Assembly (NCBI GenBank): GCA_030704615.1
Contig: CM060732.1
Span: 42,408,001 to 42,472,000 of the forward strand
DNA: 64,000 nucleotides
DNA from: Takakia lepidozioides
Taxonomy: Eukaryota > Plantae > Bryophyta
Reading direction: 5' to 3'
Shown here: piece after piece, positions 37,941 through 51,330 of the stretch
Layout of the letters: every line of letters starts with the position of its first letter
Position numbering within the stretch: the stretch's first letter is position 1
Position numbers and translations under genes: made by a program
Notes under the pieces: generated by a model
Databases searched by the model: none
Seen by the model: the letters and a program-made list of their open reading frames with translations, nothing else
Told to the model about the DNA's origin: nothing

Positions 37941-39273
37941 CTTTATGGCTCTCCTCTCTCTCTCTCTCCTTTCTAGCTCACGCTCATGCAATGAGCAGCG
38001 ATCTCTCTCTCTCCCTCTTCTTTCTTGATCACGCTCATGCAATGAGAAGCTCTCTCCCTCTCTCTTTCTGTGAACAGACAAACCAATTCCTTAAGCTTTG
38101 GATCTTCCCTTATTCCTCTCGCCCAGTACTAGTAGGCAGCTGCTGGACCTACGCGTTTTCTAACTTGTAGAAAATCTCTCCCTCTATCTCACTCTCCTAG
38201 TGCTGCCACCGAGAAGAACAGCAAACAGTGCAGCCTAAGCAGCGAACAGCCAGCCTGCTTCCTCTCTCTCTCTCGCTCTCTCTTTCTCTCTCTCCATTTC
38301 GCAGTCAATACAAATGTGACAAGCTGGCACATGAGGCCGCGTCGTGTGGATGTAACTAGAATCTACAGTTGGAATTTCATCAGTACCGTCAACTCATCCA
38401 ACGTGGGTTTCTTTTCTACTCTGCCCCATGAAGTTGCCCAAAAATATGAGGAAACCCTAATGGACGTGGAAGGAGATGCCAGACGGGAAGTAAAAGAACT
38501 CCCCTCAAGTACTAACTACTAACATCTATTCCAGAAATATTAATGTCATTGAAGGATTCTTGAAGGGCAACCCTCAGCAGCCTAAGAATACTAACGTCAT
38601 ACGATTTCATATGCAATTTGACCCGCACTATCATTGCCGCTACATGTTTTTTTCTATTTTAGATTTATATAAAGGGAATCACCTGGGAGCGACAGCTCAC
38701 AAATCAGGCCCCTTCATCTATGTTCCATTGCAAATGAACAAGCCTACCGTGTAGATTTCTATGATTGTTCTGGAGCACTTTGTATTTCGGGAAGCCTGTA
38801 AATTTCCGTTAGCATAAATTCTTCTGGACACATTGCAAAATTTCATTTGGTCATGTCCAAAGAATGGGCTATTGTGCACAGGGTTCCCAAGCCTGGAGGT
38901 CCTGGAATTTGCTTGGCCTTTGCTTTTTGCTTTTGCAAAAAATGCCTACCTTCTTCGACTGGGTTTAGGTACCGCGTGGGCATGTGCACAGAAGCGGAGA
39001 TTAATAGTATATATACTCCTGAACGATTTTGAGAATCTTCTACAACGAGTCGAAAATACGCTCCCATGACAAAAATGCCAAAATTATTTAAAAATTAGTT
39101 CTGAATATACTACAGCAAAACAAAAATACGATGACGCAAAAAAACTTGCACAGGGGGTTGGTATACTGCATGCTCACGTGAGCACGCTCACGCTCGCGTG
39201 ATCACAACCCACGGTCATGGGAGTTTTATGTTTTTAAACCTCGGGCATATGAGTTCTATGTTTTCGAAACGGA

Positions 39274-40871
39274 TGTCATGCATCTAAGCATCGTGCCACA
39301 ACATACATTGTTGTCCACCACACAATCCTAGAAAGCTATACCACAATGATAAGAGATGAGAAATGAGAGAAGTAGAAGACAATGAAAGCTCTCAAAGCAT
39401 GAAGCAATCACATGAAGAACAAGCCCTAGTCCTTCCAAGTGAAATCCACTCTATCACATAAACTAAATCAAGCCAAGGGCACCTTTGCTAAAAGAATCCA
39501 CACTACAAAGCCCTCAACACACTCCCTCTCAATACCTAGAGCTATGGAGGTGAGAGAAGCTCATGGAGGCTCAACTACAAGAAGATGAGCCTCTTAACAC
39601 TCACAAAGGGAAAACCTATCCCCTTGTCCCATGTGAGGCTCAACACCTCACTTGGCATGTGAGACCAAATGAAATCCCAACACACAAAATATAAATATAA
39701 ATATCTAAAATATCCTAGTTAACTAGAAATAGGTAATTCTAGATAACCATGACTAAAACCATGACAGTTGTCGTGCACCTAAGCATCGTGCCACAACATA
39801 CATCGTTGTCCACCACACAATCTAAGCACACAATCCTATAAAGCTATACCACAATGATAAGAGATGAGAAATGAGAGAAGTAGAAGACAATGAAAGCTCT
39901 CAAAGCATGAAGCAATCACATGAAGAACAAACCCTAGTCCTTCCAAGTGAAATCCACTCTATCACATAAACTAAATCAAGCCAAGGGCACCTTTGCTAAA
40001 GGAATCCACATTACAAAGCCCTCAACATACTCCCTCTCAATACCTAGAGCTATGGAGGTGAGAGAAGTTCATGGAGGCTCAACTACAAGAAGATGAGCCT
40101 CCTCAACACTCACAAAGGGAAAACCTATCCCCTTGTCCCATGTGAGGCTCGACACCTCACTTGGCATGTGAGACCAAATGAAGTCCCAACATATAAAATA
40201 TAAATATAAATATCTAAAATGTCCTAGTTAACTAGAAATAGGTAATTCTAGATAACCATGACTAAAACCATGACAGTTGTCGTGCACCTAAGCATAGTGC
40301 CACAACATACATCGCTGTCCACCACACAATCTAAGCACACAATCCTATAAAGCTATACCACAATGATAAGAGATGAGAAATGAGAGAAGTAGAAGACAAT
40401 GAAAGCTCTCAAAGCATGAAGCAATCACATGAAGAACAAACCCTAGTCCTTCCAAGTGAAATCCACTCTATCACATAAACTAAATCAAGCCAAGGGCACC
40501 TTTGCTAAAGGAATCCACACTACAAAGCCCTCAACATACTCCCTCTCAATACCTAGAGCTATGGAGGTGAGAGAAGCTCATGGAGGCTCAACTACAAGAA
40601 GATGAGCCTCCTCAACACTCACAAAGGGAAAACCTATCCCCATGTCCCAAGTGAGGCTCGACACCTCACTTGGCATGTGAGACCAAATGAAGTCCCAACA
40701 CATAAAATATAAATATAAATATCTAAAATGTCCTAGTTAACTAGAAATAGGTAATTCTAGATAACCATGACTAAAACCATGACAGCTGTCGTGCACCTAA
40801 GCATCGTGCCACAACATACATCGTTGTCCACCACACAATCTAAGCACACAATCCTAGAAAGCTATACCACA
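39274..40871 (-). repeat. Terminal repeat array of Gypsy copy 3: A-(B-A)3 with 509-bp period
   Basis: Unit junctions ATGACAG(T/C)TGTCGTGC at 39761, 40270 and 40779. On the minus strand it begins TGTGG after the PPT (40873-40882) and ends TGACA at 39274. Confidence 0.92.
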
Positions 40872-42740
40872 ATCGCCCCCCTAACTGTTGATTAGATCCC
40901 TCTAACACCGGATAGCTGACAAGTATCCATCCCAATAAGATCATCGCTTGGTCATCAATAGCCCAAGTCCCAGTATCTAAATGCAATAGATCAAGAGGTC
41001 GGGTGCAAAAGTAGCCCCATCGTTACTCGCCTTCCTACAATCCATGGCTTCAATTCGGTGTCCATGGCATCGAACTCCCGTTAGCTAGACCTTGGATCAC
41101 TTGTCAACCTCGCCACTGTCATGCCCCACTACCTCTATCCAATGCATCGTGGACACAACCATTCTCCACTAGGAACATCCTCAAGTGGCGGTGTCAAGCA
41201 TCCCATGTGCCACCCCCTTGAACATTTGTCACACACCAACATGGTCGCGACACCACCCGCATGCCCACATAGCATGCAACGCAACCCTGCAGGTACCACT
41301 GCAAGGTTGGGATCTATCCTCCCATCCACATGTGGAAGGTGACATGGCGCACAATTGCGCACATGGTCCTTCCATACCATGCCATCTCGACCCTCCAGAA
41401 TCAACACTCCTGAATGCAACACCTCCCGGACCCTTAGAATCACACGACCTGCTGTGACATCCAAGGTCGTAGGCGCTGTCTGTTGCAGATACACATAGTC
41501 CCCAGGATGGAAACGCCGAACACCTGGCCGATATCCCTTTCCACGTATAGTGGCGTACCTCAATGTGTCTCGGTGTTGGGCAATAGCAAGGTTCTCAAAA
41601 ACTATAGGCATGACTCTCTTGAACAAATCTGCCCGTTGGGCACATGTTTGTGTCCACACATCCGGATCATCAAGGTTGAGGACTACTGCAGTCTCCCTGC
41701 GAATAGATGCAGGCGAATTTGGCTCTCGGCCAAAGAGAAGGAAATAAGGCGAGAACGAGGCAAGTGATGCTTGTTTGCTAAACCTGTAGCCCATGGCCAA
41801 CCAAGGTAGCTGAAGGTCCCAATCTCCCAAGTATCCCTTCTGCAAACCATACTTGCGCAAACCTCGCTTGACTGTTTGCACAACCCTCTCGGCCAAACCA
41901 TCAGGCTCGGGATGATCCCGAGAAGTAGTGCGGTGATCTATCAAGGCTTGCTCACACAAAGCCTGAAACTCCCCCAAGAACTTTCTCCCCTGGTCCGTGA
42001 GTACCTCGGCTGGAGCACCAAATTGGCTAAGCACTCGATCTAAGAATGCATACGCAGCCCCCTCACTTGCCTTGTCAGGCAATGCCACCAGTTCAATCCA
42101 TTTGGAGAAATGTTCCACCATCACCAGCACATACTAGTTATGGCGAATAGTTAGTGGCAATGAGCCTGCGAAGTCAAGACTCCAACGATAGCCCAAACTC
42201 ATAATGGGTAAATGATGCAATTATGGAGTAGGGGCGTTGAAAAAAGCCCGCACTCTATCACACATTTATAATCATGAGCTACGAGGTGACACATACGACT
42301 ATTTGGCCTCCCTGTTTTGTCGAGACAGGATGTCCGCTGTCAACATCTTTGGAGGCGTCATGTTCACGTACGCCCTTCATGTAAGTGTAAAAATTGTTTG
42401 CATTTTAAATACTTTTTTTACATTTTTGTTCGATCACGTCCTCTGTTTTACCGACTGGCTTTATCTGCAGGCAAGAAACATTCGAGTGCTTGACATCAAC
42501 CACTCAACCAAAAAAACTTTTTGCAAAGAAAAAGTTGAAGCGAATTTTAAGAAGCTTCAAATTGAGAATGACAATGTTGCTGAAGAGGTTGACGGCGGAG
42601 ACGATGCATCTTGCCACTAACTGCTGCACATCCGTGTGCATACCTCGCCACCAATACTGTCCTTGTAGCAAACTATGAGTGCGCCGCACCCCAAAATGTC
42701 CCAACTCCTCATGGGCATGGCGTACCAATCGCGCTCGTTG
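40872..42740 (-). mobile_element. Gypsy copy 3 fragment: integrase-PHD and 3' UTR
   Basis: The 331-aa ORF 41135..42130 is highly similar to 23750-24739. The upstream zinc-finger piece lies at 42603-42740, displaced by 42266-42602. Confidence 0.92.
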
Positions 42741-43065
42741 TGAGGATGGGGAAGTGGAGGATGAAGATTTGGAAGAAGGAGGAGGACATTCCGAACACAG
42801 GGAGGAGGACGAGGGCATCGAGGGTAACGAGGACAACGAGGGCCACGATGGAAACAATGCAGACCCTTGGGTGGCTGGACACATTGATGTGATTCAGCAC
42901 TTCAGAACTCAATCATTGGATGGACTTGAGAACACCATGCAAGACGTTGCGGTCCACAAGGTCGTGATTTTGGACGGGGATTCGTTGAGTTCAAGCGAGA
43001 GAACTGCGAGTAATCTTCCTCAAGGGGTGGCGGGGCCAGCTCAATCGAGGTGGGCGGCAATCTAG
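42266..43065 (+). pseudogene. 3' end of an unidentified gene with an acidic tail, possibly a hAT transposase C-terminus
   Basis: TYDYLASLFCRDRMS, an intron, then ARNIRVLD and a D/E-rich tract. Weak resemblance to the hAT dimerisation region. Confidence 0.3.
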
Positions 43066-43548
43066 TTCGGAGTACATAAGACTAGTTCAAACCTGTAGAA
43101 GGGGACGAGCCGGCGCCAATGTCCCCGTCTCCTGCCAAAGACAGGGTAGAGAGAGCGAGCACAAAGAGCCCTTGTCCCACAAAAGACAGCGGACACAGAG
43201 CGAGGACTAAGAGCCCGTCTCCCGCAAAAAGTCAGTGGAGACAGAACCAGGACTAAAAGCCCGTCTCCTAGAAAAGACAGGGGAGGCAGAGGCATGACTC
43301 AAAGCCCAACTGACTCTCACAGTGTCTCCCAGCATGTCAATGTGGATGTAGGTAACGAATGACACCTGGAGATTTGTGGTGTCTTTAAGTATCTTAAATG
43401 GAACAAATTGTGTGTATTGCATCTGGTTGTGTTCTGGTTGTGTTTTTGTCAATAGCTTATTTGTATTTTGATTTTTGTTTGGCGTCATATTCCCACCCCA
43501 TTCAACTCTTCATGTGACTGATGATTACGAAAACTCATATAAATCCAT

Positions 43549-46500
43549 GAATGGAAATTGGAGGAAATTACACAAACTCGGACAGAATCCATCGCGACTC
43601 AAACAGTGAGGAGGCAAGTGGACTTAACAATCAGGGTCAGCCCACCTGATCCGGTCATACAAGCAATCTCCATTGCCCAGTCGACATTGCGAGATGGAGG
43701 AAATGAGTCGGAGATGGTCGTTGCTCAGCGCGAAGAAAAAGAGATCGAGCAGCCACAGCAACAAATTCAGAATCCCTCCCCGAAACGGGTATACACTTCA
43801 TAATCATCTTAGAAATGTTCTTCTTTGTCCTTCTTCTAGTTCTGAAAATGAATTAATTGTTTTCTTATTCCACATGATGATATGATTCACCCTCCAATCG
43901 ACTATCACCAATCTGTGAACCCACAGGATTGGTATCGCCTCTCTGAGGGACCGAATGGATATCGACCAGGATACTACGTCTTGGTTCTTGACGTCGGTTA
44001 CCTTGGTGAGGTTTACCTCTGAGATGGCCCGGGATCCCCTCCCGTAACCCATCCTTGTGTGTGCGCTGGAAAATTCAAGGTTGCAGTCCGAAATGGGTTG
44101 GACGACTTCCTGAAATGGGTCCTTAAGCATTTTAAGGTCTACTTTTGGAACACTGGACCGTTAGAAAATATCCTGGATATAGGGCTGGCTTTGTTTGGAA
44201 GAAGGTTTTACAAGGTCAGGGAATTCAGCAATGAGAACTGCGTGAAGCATAGACAGACTTTTAGTGACGAATGGCCCAAATATCCGAAAGCGCCAATATA
44301 TCTTAAACGTCTTTACGACATTATCACTGTAGACGACACTGTAGCGTACAGATCAAACACACTTCTCATTGACACTGTAGAAAATATGTATAAGTCCTAC
44401 TTGAACCCAAAGTCGATTGGTATCTTCTTTCCAAAATATAAAGCGCTCGTCGACCCATACAATGACAGGTTTCTTCTGGATGAACTCAAACCGTGTGAAG
44501 GGGATTTCGTGGACCTCACTCTAAAATCCTCACCCTCCCTGTTAAGTGTCAAGGGTTTGAAATCTACCTCGAGGATGTCAGCCATTGAGGACGCAGCTGA
44601 GGCTGCGGCTCCGCAACATACTGTTGCCTCTCTTCCATCCTTCTCTCCCCAGCACGAGGGTTGGACAGCCAAAATCAGAAGGAGTCAGGTAAATTTACTT
44701 ATATCTGAATTCTTACTCGTCCTTTTGTTTTCCTTAGTACTGGGTCTGATGTTCTTGTTTTACTCAAACCCAGAAAATCTGCGGATTATGACCTTCCTGT
44801 CAAACGACGTCTTCATTGGAATTCTGTTCCTAGGTAATCCCTTCCTTACGTGTGAATTCCATTCAGGATGTGGAGTGCTCAAGGGACAATTTCCATTCCG
44901 TTCCTCTTCTCTGCAACCCTTTGGACGAGGACAAGGACGAAACAAATGCAACTTCTCGGCTTCCCGACCCTGCAGTGTTGGCGCAATGTTCTGCACCGAG
45001 GAAGCGGAATAGAGCCCCCAAACCATTTCCATCTCTTTTACAAATCGGTTCCACCAGAGAGAAGTCTGTCTTCCGAGACAAAACAGACTCGCGGAAGATA
45101 AGAATTACCTCGGACATACCGGGGTCTCGTCAAAACACGTCCGTTGGGATCCCAAGTACGCCAGCGAGACTTTCCAATAAGGCGACATCGGTATCATTCT
45201 ATATCATTTCTCCATTTTCTTTTCTTTTGTGTTCGTTTGGTTCTGCACTAATTTATTCCATCTTTTCTCAACAGGCGGGGATGCAGCACGATACCTTCCT
45301 CAATTTCCCTCCGTACAAGGTATTTTTTTGAACCTCCACTTGGCAGTCGACGTTCATCTTCTTCGCAATATTAACCCTCTTCTCGAAACATTCCAAGCCC
45401 ACAACATGTACATGATTTTGCCACTTTTTGCACAATCGTATTGATCTTCCATACACTCAATCATTCTGGGTCATGGGTATTTTCATGGCAGAAACACTAA
45501 TGTCAGTGTGTGATTAACTTGCTTAGGATAACTTTGTCTCTCATCCTTTACATGCAACAACGGGGAAGAGGAAACATATGTTGTTAATTTTGAGTGTCAA
45601 CGGACTCCTCTGCTACCGGCCACCCCCAACCGGCGGTGAAATGTTTAAGGAGAAATTTTGTTTCAGGAATGTGACACTTCAAGTTCCTAACAGACCGTTT
45701 GTGGTGCCTCGGCCTGGAGTCTTGGAGTTTCTGGACCTTGCATTGAAGCATTTTCACGTGGCCATTTGGTCATGCGCTGATAGAGGTGTTCTTTGTAGGA
45801 TGTTGGAGAACTTCGTCCCCACGAAAATAGCGAAGAAGTTTGCTTCATATGGTCTGCTGAGGATTGTAAGGATACCACCGGTTATATCAGGCCTGGGATG
45901 AAATATCTCGTGAAGGATATTCGCAGTGTTATTGCCCAGTACCCTGGTAGACCGTTTGCTACGCAGGGGCAAATACTTCTTGTAGATGATGAGCCATCAA
46001 AGGGGCTGCGAAACCCACAAAATATTGGATTCTTCCCTTTCTCATTCAAGCCATCACCAAACGGCTTGTGTGACCGGGATGATATGACAAAGGCAGTGTG
46101 GCCATATATATCGGAGATGGCTGGAGCTTCAACAGTCGTTGCTTACATTAGCGAGAACCGGACAAAATGTTCTCATAAGCCTATTGGTCGAGACCATGCC
46201 TGCTGGCCCTGGTATGGAAGATATCTTGATCCTCGTGTTTGGATCCCACAACAAAAGGAACTTGATTACCTCGGTAGGCACGTGGATCCCACTGTTATGT
46301 TGTTTGTTCAAAATTTGATTTTCCAATTCTTTTGCATTTGCATTTGCACTCTTACCTCAACAAATCCTCATTATGCAAAACCTCCACTTTGGGCCTAACA
46401 TTTGTCATTTCAACCGCGTATCCCCAGTTACATTCAAGGAACGAATTCTAAAAGAGGAACAAGAGCTGCGTGATTGGGAAGAATGGCAGGCGTGCCGGGA

Positions 46501-46651
46501 GGCTTCAAGGGCATCAAGTAGAGTTGGTAGTAACATTTCAGATGACAATGTCAACCGGTTTCACCTTCCAGAAAGTATCTCCGTTTCCTCTGTGCGGAGA
46601 CCGTTGCAAATGGCTGTGATAACCGGAGGCGTCTTCAGACACATGCCTTGA
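43549..46651 (+). pseudogene. Gene with two tandem FCP1/NIF (HAD phosphatase)-like domains and degenerate catalytic motifs; frameshifted
   Basis: Domain 1: LVLDVGYL...VRNGLDDFLKWVLKHFKVYFWNTG...NTLLIDT...KSYLNP. Domain 2: LLILSVNGLL...RPGVLEFLDLALKHFHVAIWS...VKDI...QILLVDDEPSKGLRNP. Confidence 0.7.
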
Positions 46652-47229
46652 CTGCGAGCCGTTTGGGAGGAGGCTCAGTATTATTAATGAGTAAGTACAA
46701 GCCGTTACGGTTCTATGGCTTCAGAATCTATGGCTTGTATGGAATTAAGTCCATGAACGGATGGACAGTTGACGTTCATTTTTCTGTTGGTTAATCGCCT
46801 TGAATGATACAATCTCAAATAAAATATGAATGTTTCATATCATCAATCAGCTCCCGGCAGACTCGTTTTTCCATGTTGTCCTCTTTATCACATGCCATCA
46901 TTGTTTCATATTTGGTTCTGCCATTGTTCCATGTTTGTTTGTGTATGTCATTTTGGATACCGGAGCTCTCATCATTGTTTGATTCATTGCATCCTCCCAT
47001 TCCTTTTAATGAACGTCAACTTGGTAGTGGTTGTTCCTCTAAGACCACAATACATACTTGTATTTCTGCGTAGAATGTATGGAGGATTATATAATTCGTT
47101 GTTATATAGTGTACAAATAGCCAAATAATTATAGATATATATCTTTATTTCTATTATAGATTATTTTAATTCATATAACTAATATTATTTTTGGACCAAA
47201 CAAAAGTCCAGAATTAGTTAAAATAGTGT

Positions 47230-48771
47230 TAGGTGGGTCCAGGAGTGGCAGTGGGAGGAGGAGCAAGAGGAAGCCTTTGAGGAACTCAAGGCTCGATTGA
47301 CTTCTGCACCTATTCTGAGGAGGCATATTCGGAGGCGGCCTTTCCAGCTACATACGGATTGGAGTATGCTGGGGATTGGAGTAGTGCTCACACAGGTGGA
47401 TGACGAGGGAATAGAGTTCGTAGGCATATGTCAGCCGCTCGAACAATGATGTCGAGGCGAACTATAGCTCATATGAAGGGGAGTGTCTAGTTGCGGTATG
47501 GGCAGTGACACATTTCAGATGCTACCTCTATGACAACCTCTTCACCCTTATCACGGATCACCAACCATTGAAGTGGTTGATGGAGTCAGACAAGTTTACA
47601 ATGAAGCTTGCACGGTGGGCACTTATGCTTCAAAAATACGACTTCCAGGTGGTACATCGAGCCGATATAGTCAATCGGGATGCAGATATGTTGAGTTGTA
47701 ATCCATGCACGAGCGACCATGATGATACTGGAGCTCGGTGACATGGTGAGACAGATGAGGAGATGGTGCCAGAATGACATGCATCTGCCTTTTTGTGCAT
47801 CCTAGCAATGAGAGCTCAAGCTAGTCTATCCCATAGGATTGGTCATGTAGATAGTGTGCATGACGATTCGGAGATCAGTGAGGAGCTTGGTGGTGCTAAG
47901 GATGTGCATGAAGATACAACAGTGTTGGTTTACCTTTGTACATGAGAGACAGCAGCCAGTGTGACTACTAAAGAGAGAGATCGGATCCTACAACGAGTCA
48001 AGAGGTTTAAGTGGGAGGGGACTCACCTACTCTGAGTATGGGAGGATCGACGAGTGAGGATTGTGCCTCATCCAACTCAACGAGTGCGATTGGTACGCCA
48101 TGCCCATGAGGAGTTGGGTGTGGCGCACTCATAGTTTGCTGCAAGGACAGCACTGGTGGCGAGGCATGCACACAGATGTGCAACAATTAGTGGCAAGGTG
48201 CATGGTGTGTGATAGAGTGCGGGTTTTTTCCAATGCAACTACTCCACAATTGCATCATTTATCCATTATGGGTTTGGGCTATCGTTGGAGTCTTGACTTC
48301 GCAGGCCCATTGCCACTAATGATTCGCCATAACAAGTATGTGCTAGTGCTAGTGATGGTGGAACACTTCTCCAAATGGATTGAACTGGTTGCATTGCCTG
48401 ACAATGCAAGTGAGGGGGCTGCTTATGCATTTTTAGATCAAGTTCTTAACCGATTTGGTGCTCCAGCCGAGGTACTCACGGACCAGGGGAGAGAGTTCTT
48501 GGGGGAGTTTCAGGCTTTGTTGTGAGCAAGCCTTGATAGACCACCGCACTACTTCTCGGGATCATCCCAAGGCTGATGGCTTGGCGGAGAGAGTTGTTCA
48601 GACAGTTAAGAGAGGCTTACGCAAGTATGGCTTGCAGAAGCGACACTTAGGAGATTGGGACCTCCAGCTACCTTGGTTGGCCATGGGCTGCAGGTCTAGC
48701 AAGCAAGCATCACTTACCTCGTTCTCACCTTATTTTCTTCTCTTTGGCCAAGAGCCAGATTTGCCTACATC
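47230..48771 (+). mobile_element. Gypsy copy 4, part 1 (RNase H to integrase core), degenerate
   Basis: Colinear with 22630-24168 (LHTDWS, TDHQPLKWL, SLDFAGPLP, LAERVVQT). Many stops. Confidence 0.92.
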
Positions 48772-48799
48772 GATGTAGGCAAATCTGGCTCTTGGCCAT

Positions 48800-50070
48800 C
48801 ATATTCAAATATGCATTCTTAGTACATTTCTTGGATGAATCTGGATCCAAACTTTTTTTCTGCACCTTTAGCTATCCATGCTCTGCAGAAATCATGCATA
48901 CATGCTTGCCTTGGTGCTAGCAGCTAACAATGACTGCCTTCATTTGTTCTAGGAAAAACCCAATTCAGACTCATCACACTAGTTCCTATGCTCAATTGCA
49001 TCTGCTACTCTCTGTATTTCAACGTGCATTTACCCTTTTGCCTCGGTTGACCCATCGTTGCCTGCTAGGGTCAGAAAAGCAGTCATTCCACAGCTTCGAC
49101 GACGTCTGTGTTTCCCCTCACTTTCCTGTTGTCACATTGGCATCATCACTTCAAAATCACTCCAAACTATCAAAGATTAACTGAAGTAGCAAACTTGCAG
49201 AATTGAACATGAAATTTTAGGGCCAATTTTGATAAGAGGGGAAAAGCGCCTGAAATGTGTTGAACGCGGTACCTTCATTAGCAGTGCCTAATTTCCAGAT
49301 ATGAGCCGGCTGCGGTTGCGCTTCCACTTGACCACCTACCCATGCAGGTTTGTTGCCGCTATTGATCCACAAAGAATCATAGGTAATCTTGTGCTTGAAA
49401 TCTGGCCCTCTTGGATGAATGTGGACCCACACTCCATCCCTGCTCCTTCAGGTATCATTGCCTCTACAGAAAAGATGCGTACATCATTGCCTTGCAGCTG
49501 ATAAGGGTAGCCTAGATTTGTTCTAGGAAACACCGAACACAACTTATCACACTAGTTCCTATGCTGTCTTGCATCTGGTACTATCTGCAATCCAACAGGC
49601 ATACACCATTTGCCTCGATTGTCCCACTATTGATTGCCAGGGTCACAAAAGTGATCATTCCACCGCTTTGCCTCGTATGTGTCACCTGTTTCTGGATACT
49701 TTCCTGTTGACTCATTGGAAGCATCATGTCAAAGTCACTCCAAACCATCAAAGGTTCACTCAACCAGCTAACTTGCAGAATTGAACCATAAAATTTAGGG
49801 CAGGATCTGACAAGAAGGAAAAACATGGTGAATTTGGTCTCGAAGGAGGTGTCTGCATTAGCAGCGCCTGATTTTGCTCAATTGTGCCGCAGCTGCTGCA
49901 GATTCCAGTTGAGCATGTACCCATGCAGGTTTCTTGTAGCTAAAACCAACAGAGAATCAAAGGTAATTTGGAGCTTGAAGGCCGGCTTTGTTGGAAGAAT
50001 CTGGACCCACACTGTATCCCTACTCCTTCAGCTAGGCATGCCTCTGCACAAATCATGCATACAGGGTTGG
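48800..50070. repeat. Diverged tandem repeat, period about 575-580 bp, about 2.2 copies
   Basis: CACACTAGTTCCTATGCT at 48975 and 49548; ACCCATGCAGGTTT at 49338 and 49919. Confidence 0.8.
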
Positions 50071-51330
50071 ATGACAACTCAAAATCACAGTTTGGAGAAA
50101 ACGAGATGAATACATGACTATCTGGCAAGTTTCAACTTTTTTGGCGGTAGGTTCCACCTTCTCTGGTGTCACAACTACCTTCAAGTCATCCAAATTAAGT
50201 CCACCTACTCCCAAATGCAGAATGTCTCATGAGACCATCAGCGACGGGAAAAGCTGGTTTGGCATGATATGGTTGTAGTTCACAACCTTAATGAATGCCT
50301 TCAGCCTTGACCTCTTTGCGATCTTTTTCTGTGACGCCTTCTCCAAAACCTGTGAAATGGAAAAGCAGCTACACATCAAATTGCGAGAAAGTAAAAGGGG
50401 TACTCAGGCCTCCTTGGGAGAAAGAGTGCCATAAACACAGAGACCTCCTTAAATGCAAAAATTTGAGAAGCCAACGTGTGGTGGCAAGAAATGCCTAACC
50501 CAGAATTATACTCTATCCAGTCCGAATCCAAAGGGTCAGATGATAACTCGGAATCGCTGGAGATGACGAGATTGATACACGACTACCTTGCGAGTTTCAA
50601 CTTTGTTGGAGGTAGTTTCTAGTTTCTCTGGTGTCACAACTGCCTTCAAGTCAGCATCGAAATTAAGTCCACCTACGTGCAAATCGCAGAATGTCTCATG
50701 ACACCATATGTGTCAGGAAAAGCTGGTTTGGCATGATATGGTTGTAGTTCACAACCTTAATGAACGCCTTCGGCCTTGACCTCTTTGCGATCTTCTTCTG
50801 TGACTACTTCTTCATAACTTATGAAAGGAAAAAGCAGCTACACATCAAATTCTTGCAAGTACAGGGGGGTACTTAGGCCTCCTTGGGAGAAAGAGTGCCA
50901 TAAACACAGACACATCCTTAAATGTAAAAATTGGAGAAATGAACGTCTGGTGGCAGGGAATGCCTAAACCAGAATTATACTCCATCCAGCGCACATGTAA
51001 AGGGTCGGATGATAACTCGGAATCCCAGTTTGGAGATAATGAGACGACTACATGACTATCTTGCGAGTTTCAACTTTCTTGGAGGTAGTTTCCAGTTTCT
51101 TTGGTGTCACAACTGCTTTCAAGTCAACATCGGAATTAAGTCCCACTACTCGCAAATGCAGAATGCCTCCCTCATCTGCGTGGGGAAAATGGGGTTTGGC
51201 ATGATATGATTGTAGTTCACAACCAAAGGGCATATCCTTCAGCCTTGACGTCTTTGCGATCTTCTTTTGTGACGCCTTCTTCATAACTTGTGAAATGGAA
51301 AAGCAGCTACACATCAAATTATTGCAAGGC
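50070..51330. repeat. Diverged tandem repeat, period about 465-473 bp, about 2.7 copies
   Basis: GTTTCAACTT...TGGTGTCACAACT at 50129, 50594 and 51067; AAAAGCAGCTACACATCAAATT recurs three times. Confidence 0.85.

Noticed and set aside
39274-40871. TRIM/Cassandra-type tandem array
   Set aside because: B has no tRNA PBS (TGG...) at its start, no PPT at its end and no recognisable 5S-like region.
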